Below are positions 24,388 to 37,357 of a DNA stretch of 64,000 bases, one piece after another. The notes under the pieces were generated by a model. That model was not told the origin of the DNA, did no database searches, and saw only the letters and a list, made by a program, of their open reading frames with translations. The DNA is from Toensbergia leucococca. Taxonomy: Eukaryota. Both the position numbers and the translations under genes were made by a program. Where the stretch lies: positions 1 to 64,000 of the forward strand of contig JALDZS010000076.1 of NCBI GenBank assembly GCA_022813965.1, in the 5' to 3' direction. The first letter of the stretch is position 1. Each line of letters opens with the position of its first letter.

Positions 24388-27300
24388 ATGGATATCAAAT
24401 CCCTTCTCTCTCCCTCCATCCTCTCGCCCCAGGAACCTTCAAGGGAGACGTCTACAGCGCCGCCCATCAGACCTTCGCCCAAGAAGCAGAGAAGATCAAA
24501 GTCTTCCAGGCTGGTCAACTCCGACATCCTCAATACTACCTCATCACCTCTATTAAACAACGCAACTTCTCCATCAACCCTACTACACAATGCTGTGTCA
24601 CAAGCTCAAGTCTCAATGCCTTCGCCTCCTCTGAAAAGCCCTGCCTCAGCACTTCGCATGACATCTGCTGGGACACCCCCAGTAGACAACGCTCGTTCAA
24701 GTAGACAGCCATCCACGCCTGGAATGGATACCTTGGCAGATCTTGCATCAATGCAGCATCATCAGCAGATAGCGAGAGCTACAGCTGGTGGACTTCGAAG
24801 TGCAGAGATTTATGACAGTCAGCTATCACCATCTACCGTTCTTCCAAATCTCCATGCAATCCCGAGGACTCAATCCACTGCACGTCCTTCTTTAGAACGG
24901 AATATGACCGACAAATCTACTCGCGCCTCTCCACCACGCACCTTTGCCGCCACTTCATTGTCCGAGACCGACTTACAAACCATCGCACAACTAGTTGGCT
25001 ATCTCGCCGAGAATCCATATGCATACGAATCACATGTGCAACTTGTCAAGCTCTTACATCAAGGCCTCCTGTCCCACATCAGCTCATCCTCTTCCTCTGC
25101 AACTCAAGCCGATCCCCAGGCATATGATTTACTACGAGATCTTCGAGACGCAAGAGAAGCCATGGATACAAGGTTTGCACTAGGGGAGGATTTGTGGGTA
25201 GAATGGGTAGAAGATCAAAAGCTACTTGCACAAACTCCAGAGGACATGATGTCCGTAATTGAATCCTGTAAGAAGGCCGTGGACGAGGAGAATGGAAGCG
25301 TGAAGCTATGGGTGTTATACGCAGACTGGATGTTATCACTCTACAAAATTGCGCATTCGCCCGGTCAATCCAATGATAATGGGAGTGGGATGGTAGAAGA
25401 GGCGCAAAGATGGTCCGAGGAGGATAAATTTGTGGCAAGAGAAGTGTATGGCTGGCAGCAGGTGATGGATGTTTGGAAGGAAGGCGTGCAGGCAACAGGC
25501 TGGCGAATCAATGATAGTCATCTTCTGTGGGATCGTTATACTGAACTGCTGATGCAAGAGCTTGAAATATCACCATCAATCGAAGGTGTTGCTAATATGA
25601 AGCTTCACTTCGAAGATCGACTTCAGAAGCCACATGCGACGTGGGACCAAAGCTTCCAGGCATTTTCAAATTTCATATCTCGTTATAACAATTCAACCTA
25701 CGAGGACACCATGGTTTTCACCAATAGGCGAGGTGCAAAGGTAAAGGAAAAATATGATTGGCGAGAGACTTTGGAATTGAAACTTTCACGAGCGACTGAA
25801 AGTAACGATAAAGATGCTGAGTGGGCAGCATACACTGAATATATAGACTGGGAGCTAGCTCAGAGCCGAAAGAAAAATGCTTTCAATTTCGATCTTGTTA
25901 ATGCCATGTACCAGCGTGCTACCCTTAGATTTCCGAGCTACACAAGTCTTTGGGAGGACTACGTGACATTTCTGAACGACGAGATCTATATACGTGGTGG
26001 TCTCAATATCTCGCCTTTGCCGGTCTTGGAACGAGCTTCACGTCATTGCCCGTGGTCCGGAACGCTATGGTCTCAATATCTTTTGGCAGCAGAAAAAGAT
26101 AGGCGGCCGTTCACAGAGATTGAAGATATTAAACACAAGGCTACTAGCACTGGCCTTCTTGATGCTGGAGGAATGGAAGAAATGCTCAAGGTTCATACCG
26201 CTTGGTGCGGATTTCTGAGAAGAAGGGCTTTTGAAAATGATTCTACCGACGAAGATCTGGACGTCGCCGAGGTTGGAATCCGATCTGCAATTGAAGATAT
26301 GGAGACTCTTGGCCGCCAGAAGTATGGAGAGGAGTATAAAGGCGACCCACAATCCCGCCTTGAGAGGATTTATATCAAATATCTTAGTCAAAGTGGTAAT
26401 TGGCAAAGCGCAAGAGATGTTTGGAAGGGTTTAGCATCTCGGCGAGGTGATAGCTACGAATTCTGGCTTCGGTTCTATGGCTGGGAAATGTTTGCCTGGG
26501 GAAAATTAGCATTGATTGAAAATAACGTCAACGAACGAAGGAACCTGAAACCCAGTGAAGCTACAGAAGTGTTACGTCAAGCAATGAGAAGACCGGAACT
26601 TGATTGGCCAGATAAGATAATTGATTCTTTCCTACATCATTGCGAAGATCATGAAGACGTTGAAGAGCTCTCGAGGGCAGTTACCCAGGCTTACAAAGCA
26701 AGAAAAGTGTTGGCGAAGAGGAGAGAAAATGAAGCGCTTGAGGCATTACAGGCTGCCCAGGATCAACAACAACAGTCAAAATTGCAAGAGGCAGAACTTG
26801 AAGGGATTGTGCCGTCCGGTAAAAGAAAAAGGGAGCAGGAATATGACGACCCGGAAGGCTCAGCCAGCAAGAAAAATCGGCCAAATGTATCGAACGAATT
26901 AGATCCTTTAGTGGAGGAGCAAAGTTCTTCCCACCCGAAGCGTGATCGTGAGAATGCGACTATAATTGTCAAGAACTTGTCTATCCAAGTAAAGGATAGC
27001 AGGATTCGGCAGTATTTCAAGGATGTAAGTATGTTGGCTCCTGCTTGCATCTTTAGACCATCTGACTTGACAGTAGTGTGGCACTATCAATAGCTTGAAG
27101 CTTTTGCCTGACGAGAATAGAGAGTCGGCTACGGCAACGATCGAATTCGATTCGAAGGAGGATGTCCTTGCTGCTCAGACGAAAGACATGAAAACCTTGG
27201 ATGGTAGAGCTATTGAGGTTCAAGTTGGTACAGGGTCGACATTGTTCGTTGCTAATTTTCCTCCAACCGCGGATGAGGCGTATATTCGAGGAAAGTTCTC

Positions 27301-28534
27301 CGAAGTCAGTATGGCCCTGAGAGAAAGTATATAGTCTGGTTGCTAACCGGCCAGCAGTTTGGTGAGGTTGTCGACGTTCGATTCCCATCTTTGAAATTTG
27401 ATACCCATCGACGGTTTTGCTACATACAATTCAAATCGTCAAGCGAAGCACAGGCTGCGACTGCTTTGAATAACGAATTACAGGGTGGAAAATTGAAGTT
27501 GGTGGTCCAACTTTCCGACCCTGAAAAAAAGCAAGATAGGACTGGTGCCATGTACGATGGACGAGAACTTTACTTGTCAAATCTAGACTGGAACGCTACG
27601 AACGAGGAGATTAGTACAATATTTTCCAAATATGGAAAGGTAGAGAAAGTTCGCATACCTACTAATGTCGGAGGTAAAAGCAAAGGTATAGGTTTTGTTG
27701 TCTTTTCTACAAAGGTATATATCCTGGACTTTTGATTCACACAGTAGATCACTAATTGTTGATTAGGAGGCAGCTACTGCCGCCCTCGACATGAATCTTA
27801 CCAAATTCAAAAGCCGTTTATTAAACGTCTCCCTCTCAACTAACAACCCTGCAAAACGGCAAGCAACGACAATTATTACATCAACATCACGCTCTACCAT
27901 CTCTCCATCACCTGAAGACCAATCTATGAATGGCGATATTGACAACGTCGCATCACCTACTCCACCGCCCACAGTCGAGCACAGACCATCAGCATCCGAA
28001 ATTCAATCCCGTACCCTTGCCCTTCTCAATGTCCCGGACACAGTCAACGATGCTCGTATCCGCGCCATTGTGGAAGTATACGGTCCTCTCACCAAGGTGG
28101 TTCTTCGTCCGGACCATCAAGGTGCAATTATTGAATTCAGGGATGTTGCCAGTACAGGGAGAGCCGCTTTGGGCGTCGATGGATATGAAATCACTCCTGG
28201 ACGTAAGCTTGGCGTGGGGAGTGTAGGCGAGATGTTACACCAAAAGGCCGAGAAAAAAAGCGACAGGATTGGGGGTTCTACAATTCAGAAGGAGAAAGAT
28301 GGAGGGATAAATTTACTGCAAGTAAATCCGTCAATTAGGAGACCTACTCAAACAGGTGCGAGAAGAGGTGGGAAGGGAGGATTGGGAATGAAGAAGGGTG
28401 GAGTGATTCGGAATAGGGCTAGGGATAGCAGGCAGGAAGATGACAAACAGGATGAGTTGACTGAGGATTCAACGAAGCAGAATGGGAAGCTTCGAAACAA
28501 TTCGGATTTCAAAGCCATGTTCTTAAAGGAATGA
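24388..28534 (+). CDS. PRP24: U4/U6 recycling factor Prp24/SART3-like (HAT repeats plus 4 RRMs)
   Basis: HAT region (RASRHCPWSGTLWSQY, DEDLDVAEVGIRSA, RLERIYIKYL); RRMs (TLFVANFPP, RRFCYIQF, GKSKGIGFVVF); C-terminal LSm-interacting NSDFKAMFL; 4 exons. Confidence 0.93.
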
Positions 28535-30590
28535 GGTTCACTGGTGGTGGTGGTGGGGATATTCATATACGGGGTGGTGTATCAAAGGAACAGGCGATCT
28601 GGTGGGATGTCTTGCATTTACATTGGTTTTGGATGGTGTTCAGTCATCAGTGGCCTTGATCAAGTGGTAAATTAATGGCGGGGTGAGATTCAAGGATTGA
28701 CATTGATAAGTGTTTAGAGTACCTTACCTATTTAGTGACCTGTGAGGCTGTGAGTCAGTCTCACTGTTTCAGGAGCGCGGCTCGCCACCGACTATTCTAC
28801 CCTGCTCTTTTGCACGAAGCAAATTTGAACTCGAACAATCTGGTTTTAGCTCTTACCTGCCGACTTACTTCCTGAACAGATCTCCCCTTAGTCTCTGAGA
28901 CCACTTTCGATCAAAGGGCCGAGGGGACCATCGCTTTCTAGCTTGAAGAAAAGCGCCTCTGAGAACAGGCTCTCCAATTCATTGCTTCGATCTACTATGA
29001 AACGCGGGCTGAGGCAGATGAGGACAGGACTGACTCTTTGATGAGATGCTCTATATGTAGAGACGGCGAGACGCTATGCTCCTTTCTCTTCATACACATT
29101 CTTTATCTTGTTTTTCTCTCTTCTCAGTCACTGTCTTTGATAGACGTCCGCGTATTCAACATGAGATTTTCCTTAGCCCAAAATTCCTTTGCGCTGCTTG
29201 CCTTTTCTTTCTTCACGTCTGTTTTTTTCTCATATCCTTAGTGTTGGTGAATAAGCTGCAATCGGTACTCGTTGTCAAGCTCACTCTTCTTCTTCTAAAT
29301 CTACTCCTTATGCCGCTGGATCGACTGGAGCCGATAAGACTAGAAAGTCTTATCATGGGTCCACGAGCCATGAGAATGCTGTCTCTACGTCTTCTGTTAC
29401 GACTACGATGAGCTCATCGGGAATTTCAACAGTACAGTTTATCCGAACTCAACAGTCTCTACCAATTCCTCGTCTGGCGTGGTCTAGAAGCAGGCTTTCT
29501 GGGCTGGGGCCACCATCGGAACCGTGCTAGCAATAGAAGCAATCTCGACGAAGAACTCTGCGGCCAAATCCCCACTGGGTATATCGGATCATTTCCCTCA
29601 CTGGCGGGCTACTATCGAAACAATGGTTTGTTCTGAATCTGAATGAACGTTATATGACCGAATTTGGCTTTGAAGTGCTTGATGACCTAAGGAAAAGATT
29701 TGATAATCTTCTGCAGGTATAAGCTTCACAAGGAATTTCGCAGTGCTATTTGCTTCCATGTTGTTCTGCTGTAAGCTTGTGAGCTCAGCTTCGAACCATG
29801 TCTTACAAGAGTGAAGCAGATTAACATAACATCCTTCACTCCCGCTTTCCTCTCTTAATCTCTTCTCTCATTCTCTTCTCTTTCACACGTCAATCATCTC
29901 AACCAAATCTGCGTACAGCTGCTGATGCATTCATCTACAACCCAATAGCTAACTATCCTCATGGTCTTATCGGGGCACACAAACAACTCTGAGAAGACTT
30001 GCTTTGAGAAGACTCTGCAAAAGATATTGTATAATCTATTATATAAGACTTTACTGATATATAAGATGTGACTTCAAATGGCCTGTAGACCATGGACGAG
30101 CTAGAAGATTCAAACCTTATATCATACATTATACGGTATGCTAGTATCTCAAGCAGTACCAGAGTTAGGGAACCGAAAATGATCAGAAACAATCCGCTTC
30201 ACTTGACCCATGCCAAGTCCTACATGGCGACTTGGGTGGTAAATACTTGGTAGGTAGGTATGACCACGGGTCACACGCAAAAGAAGTAAATGATGACATG
30301 CAATGACGCTTTCTCGGTTGGGCTGCTCTCTGCTTGCTGCGAATGAACTTGTATAAGGTTCCCATCTTCCCAGCTTTCCTTCTCTCCTCTCCATCAATCT
30401 CCAACACCGAAATTTCTAGTAATTGTGAAGGTAAGCAATGTACTTTCTGTGAGGTCGTCAAAGACTGAAGTCTGAGGTCTCCTCAATACCCCGCCGCGCT
30501 CTATTCAAGCCTACTCAATGTCATATCTGTGTTGACACTTCACTTGTGTTCTCCATGTTGATGCTTTGCTAACATTGTCGGATATGATAG

Positions 30591-31314
30591 ATGTCGGACC
30601 AGGTCTCCCACCCCCATTCATCTCCACCCACAATAGGTACCATAAATCGAGGGTACCACCAGCACATCAACAATAATACCGGGGAAGTTACCACATCTGA
30701 GTCCCGTGGCGGGGGGCTCTCACGGCGACCGGGGCAGTGTAGGTCTAACTGTAAAGCCAGATTTTTCAATATAGATTTTCGAATAGCTGACAAAAGCGTG
30801 AAATACAGAGGCGGCGGCAGCGGCCGTAAGTAAGCTGCTTAGCTGTCAATGACAACATAATAACATCAGTATACAGGCCTCAATCGCTCCCCCGCCGGCT
30901 CTCAATGATCCCCTTCAGCCGCCCCCAGCGATCCCCCCCCCGGCCGCCCTCATGACCTCCTCCCCGCCGTCCCCAGTGACCCCCACCCGGCTCACCTCAA
31001 CAACGCCGCCGCCCTCTCTTGACTCAATCACGCCCGCCCAACGCCTCCCCCTATCATCTCCGCCGTCTCAGACGCCGCACTCCTCACCCGCGCCCACCTC
31101 ACTCACCGCGCCCACCTGGGCCAACCACGCCCGCCCAGTGCCCCCCCTGATCGTCCCAGTCACCCCAGATCCAGCACTCCTGGCCCGCAACCACCGCGCC
31201 CACCGCCGCCACCTCACCGAAATCACTCAAACTACTACTAAGCCTATCCTCACTGCTACAGAGGAGACGGCCGCTGATACTCTCTGTGACGATGAAATGC
31301 AAATTGATGTTTAA
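30591..31314 (+). pseudogene. Small basic/proline-rich 3-exon orphan gene, copy A
   Basis: ATG directly after gctaac..gatag; peptides HQHINNNTGEV and QRLPLSSPPSQTP match copy C; same two introns; the exon-1 phase differs from copy C and exon 2 is shortened. Confidence 0.55.
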
Positions 31315-31372
31315 GGAAGCGTAATGAAGGTTCAGTCTTACTTGTGCATTATGAGAGCATTGTTCATAGATT

Positions 31373-31679
31373 TGTTGAGGTTTAGGATCGATATTTATAT
31401 GAGAAATAGGAGATCATTATATGAGGAATAGGTGATCATTTGCATAGATGAATATTTGAATTACTAGTGGGTCGAAAGACTCTCTATTTCTGATGAGATA
31501 TCACCTCATCCTTATACCTAACTCTCAATGAAAACACAAGTCAAATGAAAACATATGAGGGATCATTTCCGAGGTATTCAGTCAGGGCATATGGAATCAC
31601 ATGACTTCCCCTCAGCGGACTCCTCAATTTCCCCTCATCTTCCATGCATGCTATTCGCGATTACTCGATAATTTCAACA
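31373..31679. mobile_element. Solo LTR (307 bp)
   Basis: Begins TGTTGA and ends TCAACA, flanked by a perfect 5-bp TSD AGATT (31368-31372 and 31680-31684); the uninterrupted target sequence is present at 62865-62950. Confidence 0.88.
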
Positions 31680-31859
31680 AGATTACCATTGCACGCGCTT
31701 GCATAGTGAAGAATTCATATGACGTTGATTATCATTTTGCATTACCGTACTCTAGGTCTCAACCTTTTTGAACCTTCAAGTCCATATTCGTCAGGTTTTC
31801 ATCACCCATCTCGTTTCTAACGAAAACATCTTCGCTGTGTTTGTATTTTCCGAATTACC

Positions 31860-32140
31860 ATGCCTTGCGAAGCAAAAGCTGCGCTTCCCACTGCCGGTGG
31901 GTCATGGGAAAGAGGGATTGAACTTCGACAAGGAGAGACGCCAGAGGCGCTTCAGTAAGATGTCGTTATTTCTGAGCCTTCTTCTAACTGTAAAGTCGGC
32001 TTCTTTGGTATAGATTTCTGAATAGCTGACAGAAAGCGTGAAATACAGAAAAGAGGACACGGCCCGCGGCGAGCTCAAAAAAAAAAGGAAGAAGAACAGA
32101 GGCAGCGGCGGCGGCCGTAAGTAAGGCTGCTTAGCTGCTA
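31860..32140 (+). pseudogene. Partial copy B of the orphan gene, with a different first exon
   Basis: tctaactgtaaagtcggcttct..gaatagctgacagaaagcgtgaaatacag, then a Lys/Arg exon, then gtaagtaaggctgcttagctg, matching 30744-30847 and (inverted) 47440-47285. Confidence 0.55.
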
Positions 32141-32762
32141 TGCCCTGTTCAATGGGAAGAGAAGTAAACATGGATGCTTTCAAGCATCTACGCTCAGCCA
32201 TTATTAATAAACTTAAGCAAAGATCTGAAGATTCACTTTCAATGCATGACTGATGCCACAATTGGTACCGTTCATATCCCTCACTCAGGTTGATGAAGCT
32301 ATAACGTTATTTTTGCTTCATCAAATTCATGATATGTTGACCAACGAGTTCATGAATGATTGACAGAGCTTGAATGATACTCTATCAGAATCACCCGCTC
32401 ATATGAATGCTCTCTTCTGAAGATGAGAAAGAGATGAGGAGGTTTATACGCGCTTGGATCTAATGAATTATTAAGAAGAAGTGTGTCTCATATGAAATGA
32501 GATTGAGTTTACGCTTTCATTGAGTATAGTTTGACGGCTCTGTGACTGACATATTGGAACCTATAAAGAGCTGATCTCTGCAGCGCAACAGTCTGAAAAT
32601 CAGATCCTCACCTTTCACTAGTCAGAAGTCCTTAAAAACAGAGCTTTTCCTTCAGAAGTCATTCCTCCCGCGAAGATTGATGGTTGTCAAATTCCCGCCT
32701 ACGGAAAAGAAGTTTTACGGTGTACACAGGAGTATAGGAGAGATAGTAGAACTATATATAGA

Positions 32763-33370
32763 ATGAAAAAAAAATTCAAGGTACAGAAGTAGCGAAGAAA
32801 GGAGAAAGATAAGAAAAAGAAAGACAAGAAAGCAGAGCAAAAGAAGCAAAAAGAGGCGGAGGGGGAGGGGGAGAGGGAGGGAGAGGAGGAGGAGCGATGT
32901 CCTGAGGAGGAGTGATGTCTTGAGAAGGATCGATGTCCTGAGGAGGAGTGATGTCTCAAGGAGGAGCGATGTCCTGAGAAGGAGGAGGGGGTGAGGTTGC
33001 ATATCAGGTATGTTCATTTGCTGTACTGATTTGTTTCTCATCTAACTAGAGAAGTGGAGTCACCCTCAGGCAATGGGATGAAGTTATGATCAGAGTTCAA
33101 GTCATTGACAACGTCATCATAATGCTCTCAATTGTTTGTATCTGCAGTCTGCTAAAAAATTCATCAGTCAGAGACCAAAGCCTTCACCAAATTTCAGTTT
33201 GTCTCAATGGCCTCAGCCATTGAGGCCGATGCCGTTATCAATGACCTTGATGAGGCCATGATCGCCAATAAGAAGGTTAAGGTGAAGAAGGCAAGGCCTT
33301 CACATGATGTGAGTGATCAGTTGAGGGGCCGTACTGAGGGCGGGGATGAGGGGAAGGGGAAGGGAAAGGT
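32763..33370 (+). pseudogene. K/E-rich plus RRM-domain gene remnant
   Basis: K/E-rich frame with in-frame TAG/TGA stops; introns gtatgt..ctaactag and gtatct..ctaa..cag; last exon FQFVSMASAIEADAVINDLDEAMIANKKVKVKKARP resembles RNP1-helix2-beta4 of an RRM. Confidence 0.5.
32889..32978 (+). repeat. 18-bp tandem repeat x5 (gaggagcgatgtcctgag)
   Basis: Five adjacent units; CGA/TGA variants alternate between units. Confidence 0.85.
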
Positions 33371-34763
33371 AAGTAATCTGCTGAAATGTGATTAACCAGA
33401 TGATAACGTTAGAAATTTTAGGAGGGTGTCAGGGAGGCATTGCTTTGCTATTCTGAGCCACTGATACTTGGCAATGACATATGAGATGATGATGCCATGT
33501 GAGTGAACCCTTAATATTGTCAGAAGATTGTCTAAATCATACTCGGTACCTTGATTACGACGGTTGATCTCCAAACCTAATTGTGAGGAAGATGGTCTGA
33601 TGAATTTATGCTTAGAATTCAACTTACAGTCTTTTGATGGAAAGACCACATAGGGTGTCAGGGCATTGGTAGATGTGCAGCTAATCAACTTAGCTAAGCA
33701 AAGATCAGTAAACTGGTGAGCAACGGCCTGATTAATGACTGAAACAGCCGAGCTTTTCATGCGCTTCTGGTTGGTTGATCCCAGCACTTGTTGCATGTGG
33801 CTTCTGCAGTCTAGGCTGATATCACAAGAGGTTAAATTCTGGCAGCTTTATCCATGGATGGGATAACACTTGGTTGATCGAGGTTGCACTCAGGGAAGAT
33901 CTATGACCCTTTGTGCAGGGTTGATAGAATTGCAGCCTCAGATACATTTATTTTGAGTTTGTGACAGAGTGGTGGTGACAGATTATGGCAAGAGCAAGCT
34001 GCGGATATTCAATCAAACCCCGACGTCTCCTCCGCCGGATTTATGGCGATAGGTCCCGTCGTATTGGAATTTTAGTGGAGGCTGTCAAATCAGGTCGATG
34101 GGCCTAGCAATACGGATATTGCGCTAGATAATCTAACTAGCGCTGACGGACTTTTCTTACCTCCGGTATTCTCGGATCTCGGTATTGAAGCCAACCTCGC
34201 CAAGCTTTCCGGTCTTGAAAATTCAAACACCACTGCAGTCTGCAATGAGATCTCCACCTAGCTGTGTTAAAAAAGCTGCAGAATCTGTACCTTGCATGCT
34301 GACGGTATTCGTACCGTCTTGCTCTCTTTTTTACATACTAGAGTGTAATTTATATCTATCTTAAGCCCGACGTTACTCTAAACCTTCGAACCTAAACCGA
34401 GCCGTCATTTATGTAGAGTGATCACTATTACTAACGCAACCTTCCATCGCGTTGCTTACTCATACCGCCTGCTGGCTCGGCGTCGAAATGGAAACCGATG
34501 GTTCGCTGATTGCAAAGATGCGGACGGTATCTCATTATCAAGCAGGGGACTGCGAAGATGACTCAAGCTTGTGGGTTAGCTATGCTATATATCCCTTCTC
34601 CTTGCATCCAATTCCATCCTCACTTCCGTTTTATATCTCAACCTTGATCTAGTCCCGACAAGTCATATCAGAGTGCATCTGTTTTCTGCGCCTGTGACTT
34701 GTTCAATTAATCGACTTCAATTCGTCTTGTTACATATTACCTTGACACAGTCGGCTTTTCTCA

Positions 34764-36563
34764 ATGGCCGACTTGATCCGCGAAGCCCCCATCGGGCAAG
34801 TGATTCGCTTCATCACCAAGAATAAGTATCTGAAATACCCGGAAGAGTGCGAAGATTTCGAATTGCCAGAAACCTATCATGCAGTGCTCGCGGGGAAGGC
34901 TTCTCCGAGATCTGGCTCGGAAACGGATACCGCAGCTCCTTCCTTACATCCCCCAGCTCCTCTGGATCTCGAAAAGAGGGATACCGAGAAAGAGCTTAAT
35001 CCATATGATAATGTCGACATGGAAGCAGCTCGTCTTACTCGAACCAAAAGCCGTGCAGCTACTACTCCTTACACCGAAGACCGACTAGAGGTTGAAACCG
35101 AATTGGCTTTGGAACGAACCAAGACGAAACCAATCATGCCGACGAAGACTTCTGATGGTACAATCCTCGTTGATTGGTATACCACCGACGATCCTGCCAA
35201 TCCTCAGAATTGGTCCAATGCGAAACGTGGCTTTGTGTCTTTCATCATCTGTGCTTACACATTCACCGTTTATTCTGGTTCAGCCATATACACATCTAGC
35301 GAAGGCGGTGTGATTGATAAATTTGGTGTTTCACCCACGAAGGCATCATTGCCCCTGTCTCTTTACGTCCTAGCATACGGTATGGGTCCTTTACTCTTTG
35401 CTCCCATGAGCGAGATTCCCGTCATTGGTCGAAATCCAGTCTATACCACTACATTCGCACTCTTCTTTATCCTATCAATTCCCACAGCACTGGTGGGTAA
35501 TTTTGGAGGTCTCCTCGTACTTCGATTTCTGCAAGGCTTCTTCGGCAGTCCCTGCTTGGCGAACGGTGGCGCGACCATGCAAGACATGTATTCTCTGCTA
35601 AAGCTACCATACGCTCTCACCGTCTGGGTTGCAGCAGCTTATTGTGGACCTGCATTGGGGCCTCTTCTCTCTGGATTCGCCGTCACGGCCAAGGGCTGGC
35701 GATGGTCTCTTTGGGAGATTGTATGGCTTGCGGCCCCATGTCTCATCCTCATGTTTCTTTTTGTCCCCGAGACCTCCTCGCCAAATATCTTACTTCGTCG
35801 CGCAAATCGTCTACGCAAAAGAACCGGCGACAAGCGTCTACAGGCTCAGAGCGAAATTGATCAGAAGGGCATGAAAGTCTCTGCCGTAGTCATTGACGCT
35901 TTGATCAAACCCTTTGAAATCACTTTCAAGGACCCGGCTATTGCTTTTGTCAATCTTTACACTAGTCTGGTCTATGGAATTTACTACTCCTTCTTTGAAG
36001 TCTTCCCCCTCGTCTATATCCCATTTTACGGCTTCAGTATCGGTACCCTCGGTGTCCTCTTCACCTGTATCCTCATCTCGTGTGTCATCGGCATTGCCGT
36101 CTACACCAGCTATCTCTACTTCTACCTCGTCCCCGATATTATGAAGCGCGGTCTTCGAGCACAGGAGCACAGACTCGTCCCTGCTCTCTTCGCCTCCTTT
36201 GGGCCTCCGATCGGTCTCTTCATCTTCGCCTGGACAGCTAAACCTTCTATTCCTTGGATCGCCTCTGTCATTGGCATCACTCTCTACGGAGCAACTGTCT
36301 TTATCGTCATGCAATGCATATTCGTCTACGTGCCTCTTTCCTATCCACAATACGCCGCCTCGCTTTTTGCCAGCAACGACTTTTTCAGATCCGCGCTTGC
36401 ATGTGGGAGTATCCTTTTTGCCCGACCACTATTTATCAACGTTGGTATTGGCAAGGGCGTGTCTGTGCTTGCGGGTCTGAGCTGTTTGGGGATCATTGGC
36501 ATGTTTGTGCTTTATTTGCAGGGCTCAAAGCTTAGAGCCAGATCTAAGTTTGCCACGAGTTGA
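34764..36563 (+). CDS. MFS multidrug transporter, DHA1 family (Flr1/Mdr1/Caf5-like)
   Basis: VDWYTTDDPANPQNWS, SEIPVIGRNPVY, LRFLQGFFGSPCLANGGAT, GWRWSLW, PETS and YPQYAASLFASNDFFRS; intronless, 599 aa. Confidence 0.95.
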   Translation: MADLIREAPIGQVIRFITKNKYLKYPEECEDFELPETYHAVLAGKASPRSGSETDTAAPSLHPPAPLDLEKRDTEKELNPYDNVDMEAARLTRTKSRAATTPYTEDRLEVETELALERTKTKPIMPTKTSDGTILVDWYTTDDPANPQNWSNAKRGFVSFIICAYTFTVYSGSAIYTSSEGGVIDKFGVSPTKASLPLSLYVLAYGMGPLLFAPMSEIPVIGRNPVYTTTFALFFILSIPTALVGNFGGLLVLRFLQGFFGSPCLANGGATMQDMYSLLKLPYALTVWVAAAYCGPALGPLLSGFAVTAKGWRWSLWEIVWLAAPCLILMFLFVPETSSPNILLRRANRLRKRTGDKRLQAQSEIDQKGMKVSAVVIDALIKPFEITFKDPAIAFVNLYTSLVYGIYYSFFEVFPLVYIPFYGFSIGTLGVLFTCILISCVIGIAVYTSYLYFYLVPDIMKRGLRAQEHRLVPALFASFGPPIGLFIFAWTAKPSIPWIASVIGITLYGATVFIVMQCIFVYVPLSYPQYAASLFASNDFFRSALACGSILFARPLFINVGIGKGVSVLAGLSCLGIIGMFVLYLQGSKLRARSKFATS

Positions 36564-37357
36564 GACGTGGTTGTCGTACAAATGATGATTTAATCTTTTT
36601 TGGGAGGTATTTGGTATTGGAGTTGGGGGGAATACCTTGAAGCGACTAACGGTCTGTTTTGGCTTTAGAATTGAACACTTTTGATTCTTGTAATCGTTCG
36701 AGCGGCATAGACAGCGTCAATACCAAACTTTTTGCTCTCCTTTTACCTTCTTCCCTTGTGTTTATCAATCATGCATGCTGTTTGAGAAGCAGATTTGTGA
36801 TTGTAAATATGTAGAGTAAATCACCATTACAACCGGAGAACAGGCGTGATGATTGAGTTAGTAGAAGCATAGGGAAAAAGTGCCCGGATCGCCCAAAGTA
36901 GATGGAGTCAAAGGCAATGTGAACAAGGTTACGCCCACCACCTGCCCATTCTATAACGGAGTATTTTTTCCCACGCTGCAGCAAATGCTCAACTCGCGAC
37001 GATTTTTAATATGCATCATGTTCAAGTTTTGTATCAGAAGCAGAATGGCGTAGAACATGTCATCGCTCTGATCTCAAGGATACAAGGCAGACGAAAGAAA
37101 ACGCAGCGAGAGCAAATTAAGGTCATGGTCCACTGATAATGTGAGACTTTTCCTCTCCACTAGAAGAGTTGCTGACAATGGAAGTTATGAATGAGGACTT
37201 CTGGGATTAGGTACTTGGTGCGTGAGAGAGAAGATGGACTGAAGGCTTCAGTGCGCCTTGAGTATCTGCATATTCATGCCACCCATTGAACTGAAACCTT
37301 TCTTTCTTGGTGCCTTCTCTTGCTCTGAATCAAAATCGCTCCATCTCTCTCTCTAAA

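Larger units (their letters stand above)
28800..33960. mobile_element. Degenerate multi-gene accessory block, copy 1 (limits approximate)
   Basis: Shares modules with the 44.5-48 kb block: 29615-29790 with 44555-44720 (direct); 29810-30020 with 45380-45578 (direct); 30040-30140 with 44825-44927 (inverted); 30480-31110 with 47910-47130 (inverted). Contains many stop-interrupted spliced ORF remnants. Confidence 0.65.

Noticed and set aside
32699..33041. Minus-strand ORFs with RHHSSSGH / LLLRTS repeats
   Set aside because: Antisense readings of the 18-bp repeat; the splice signals are on the plus strand.
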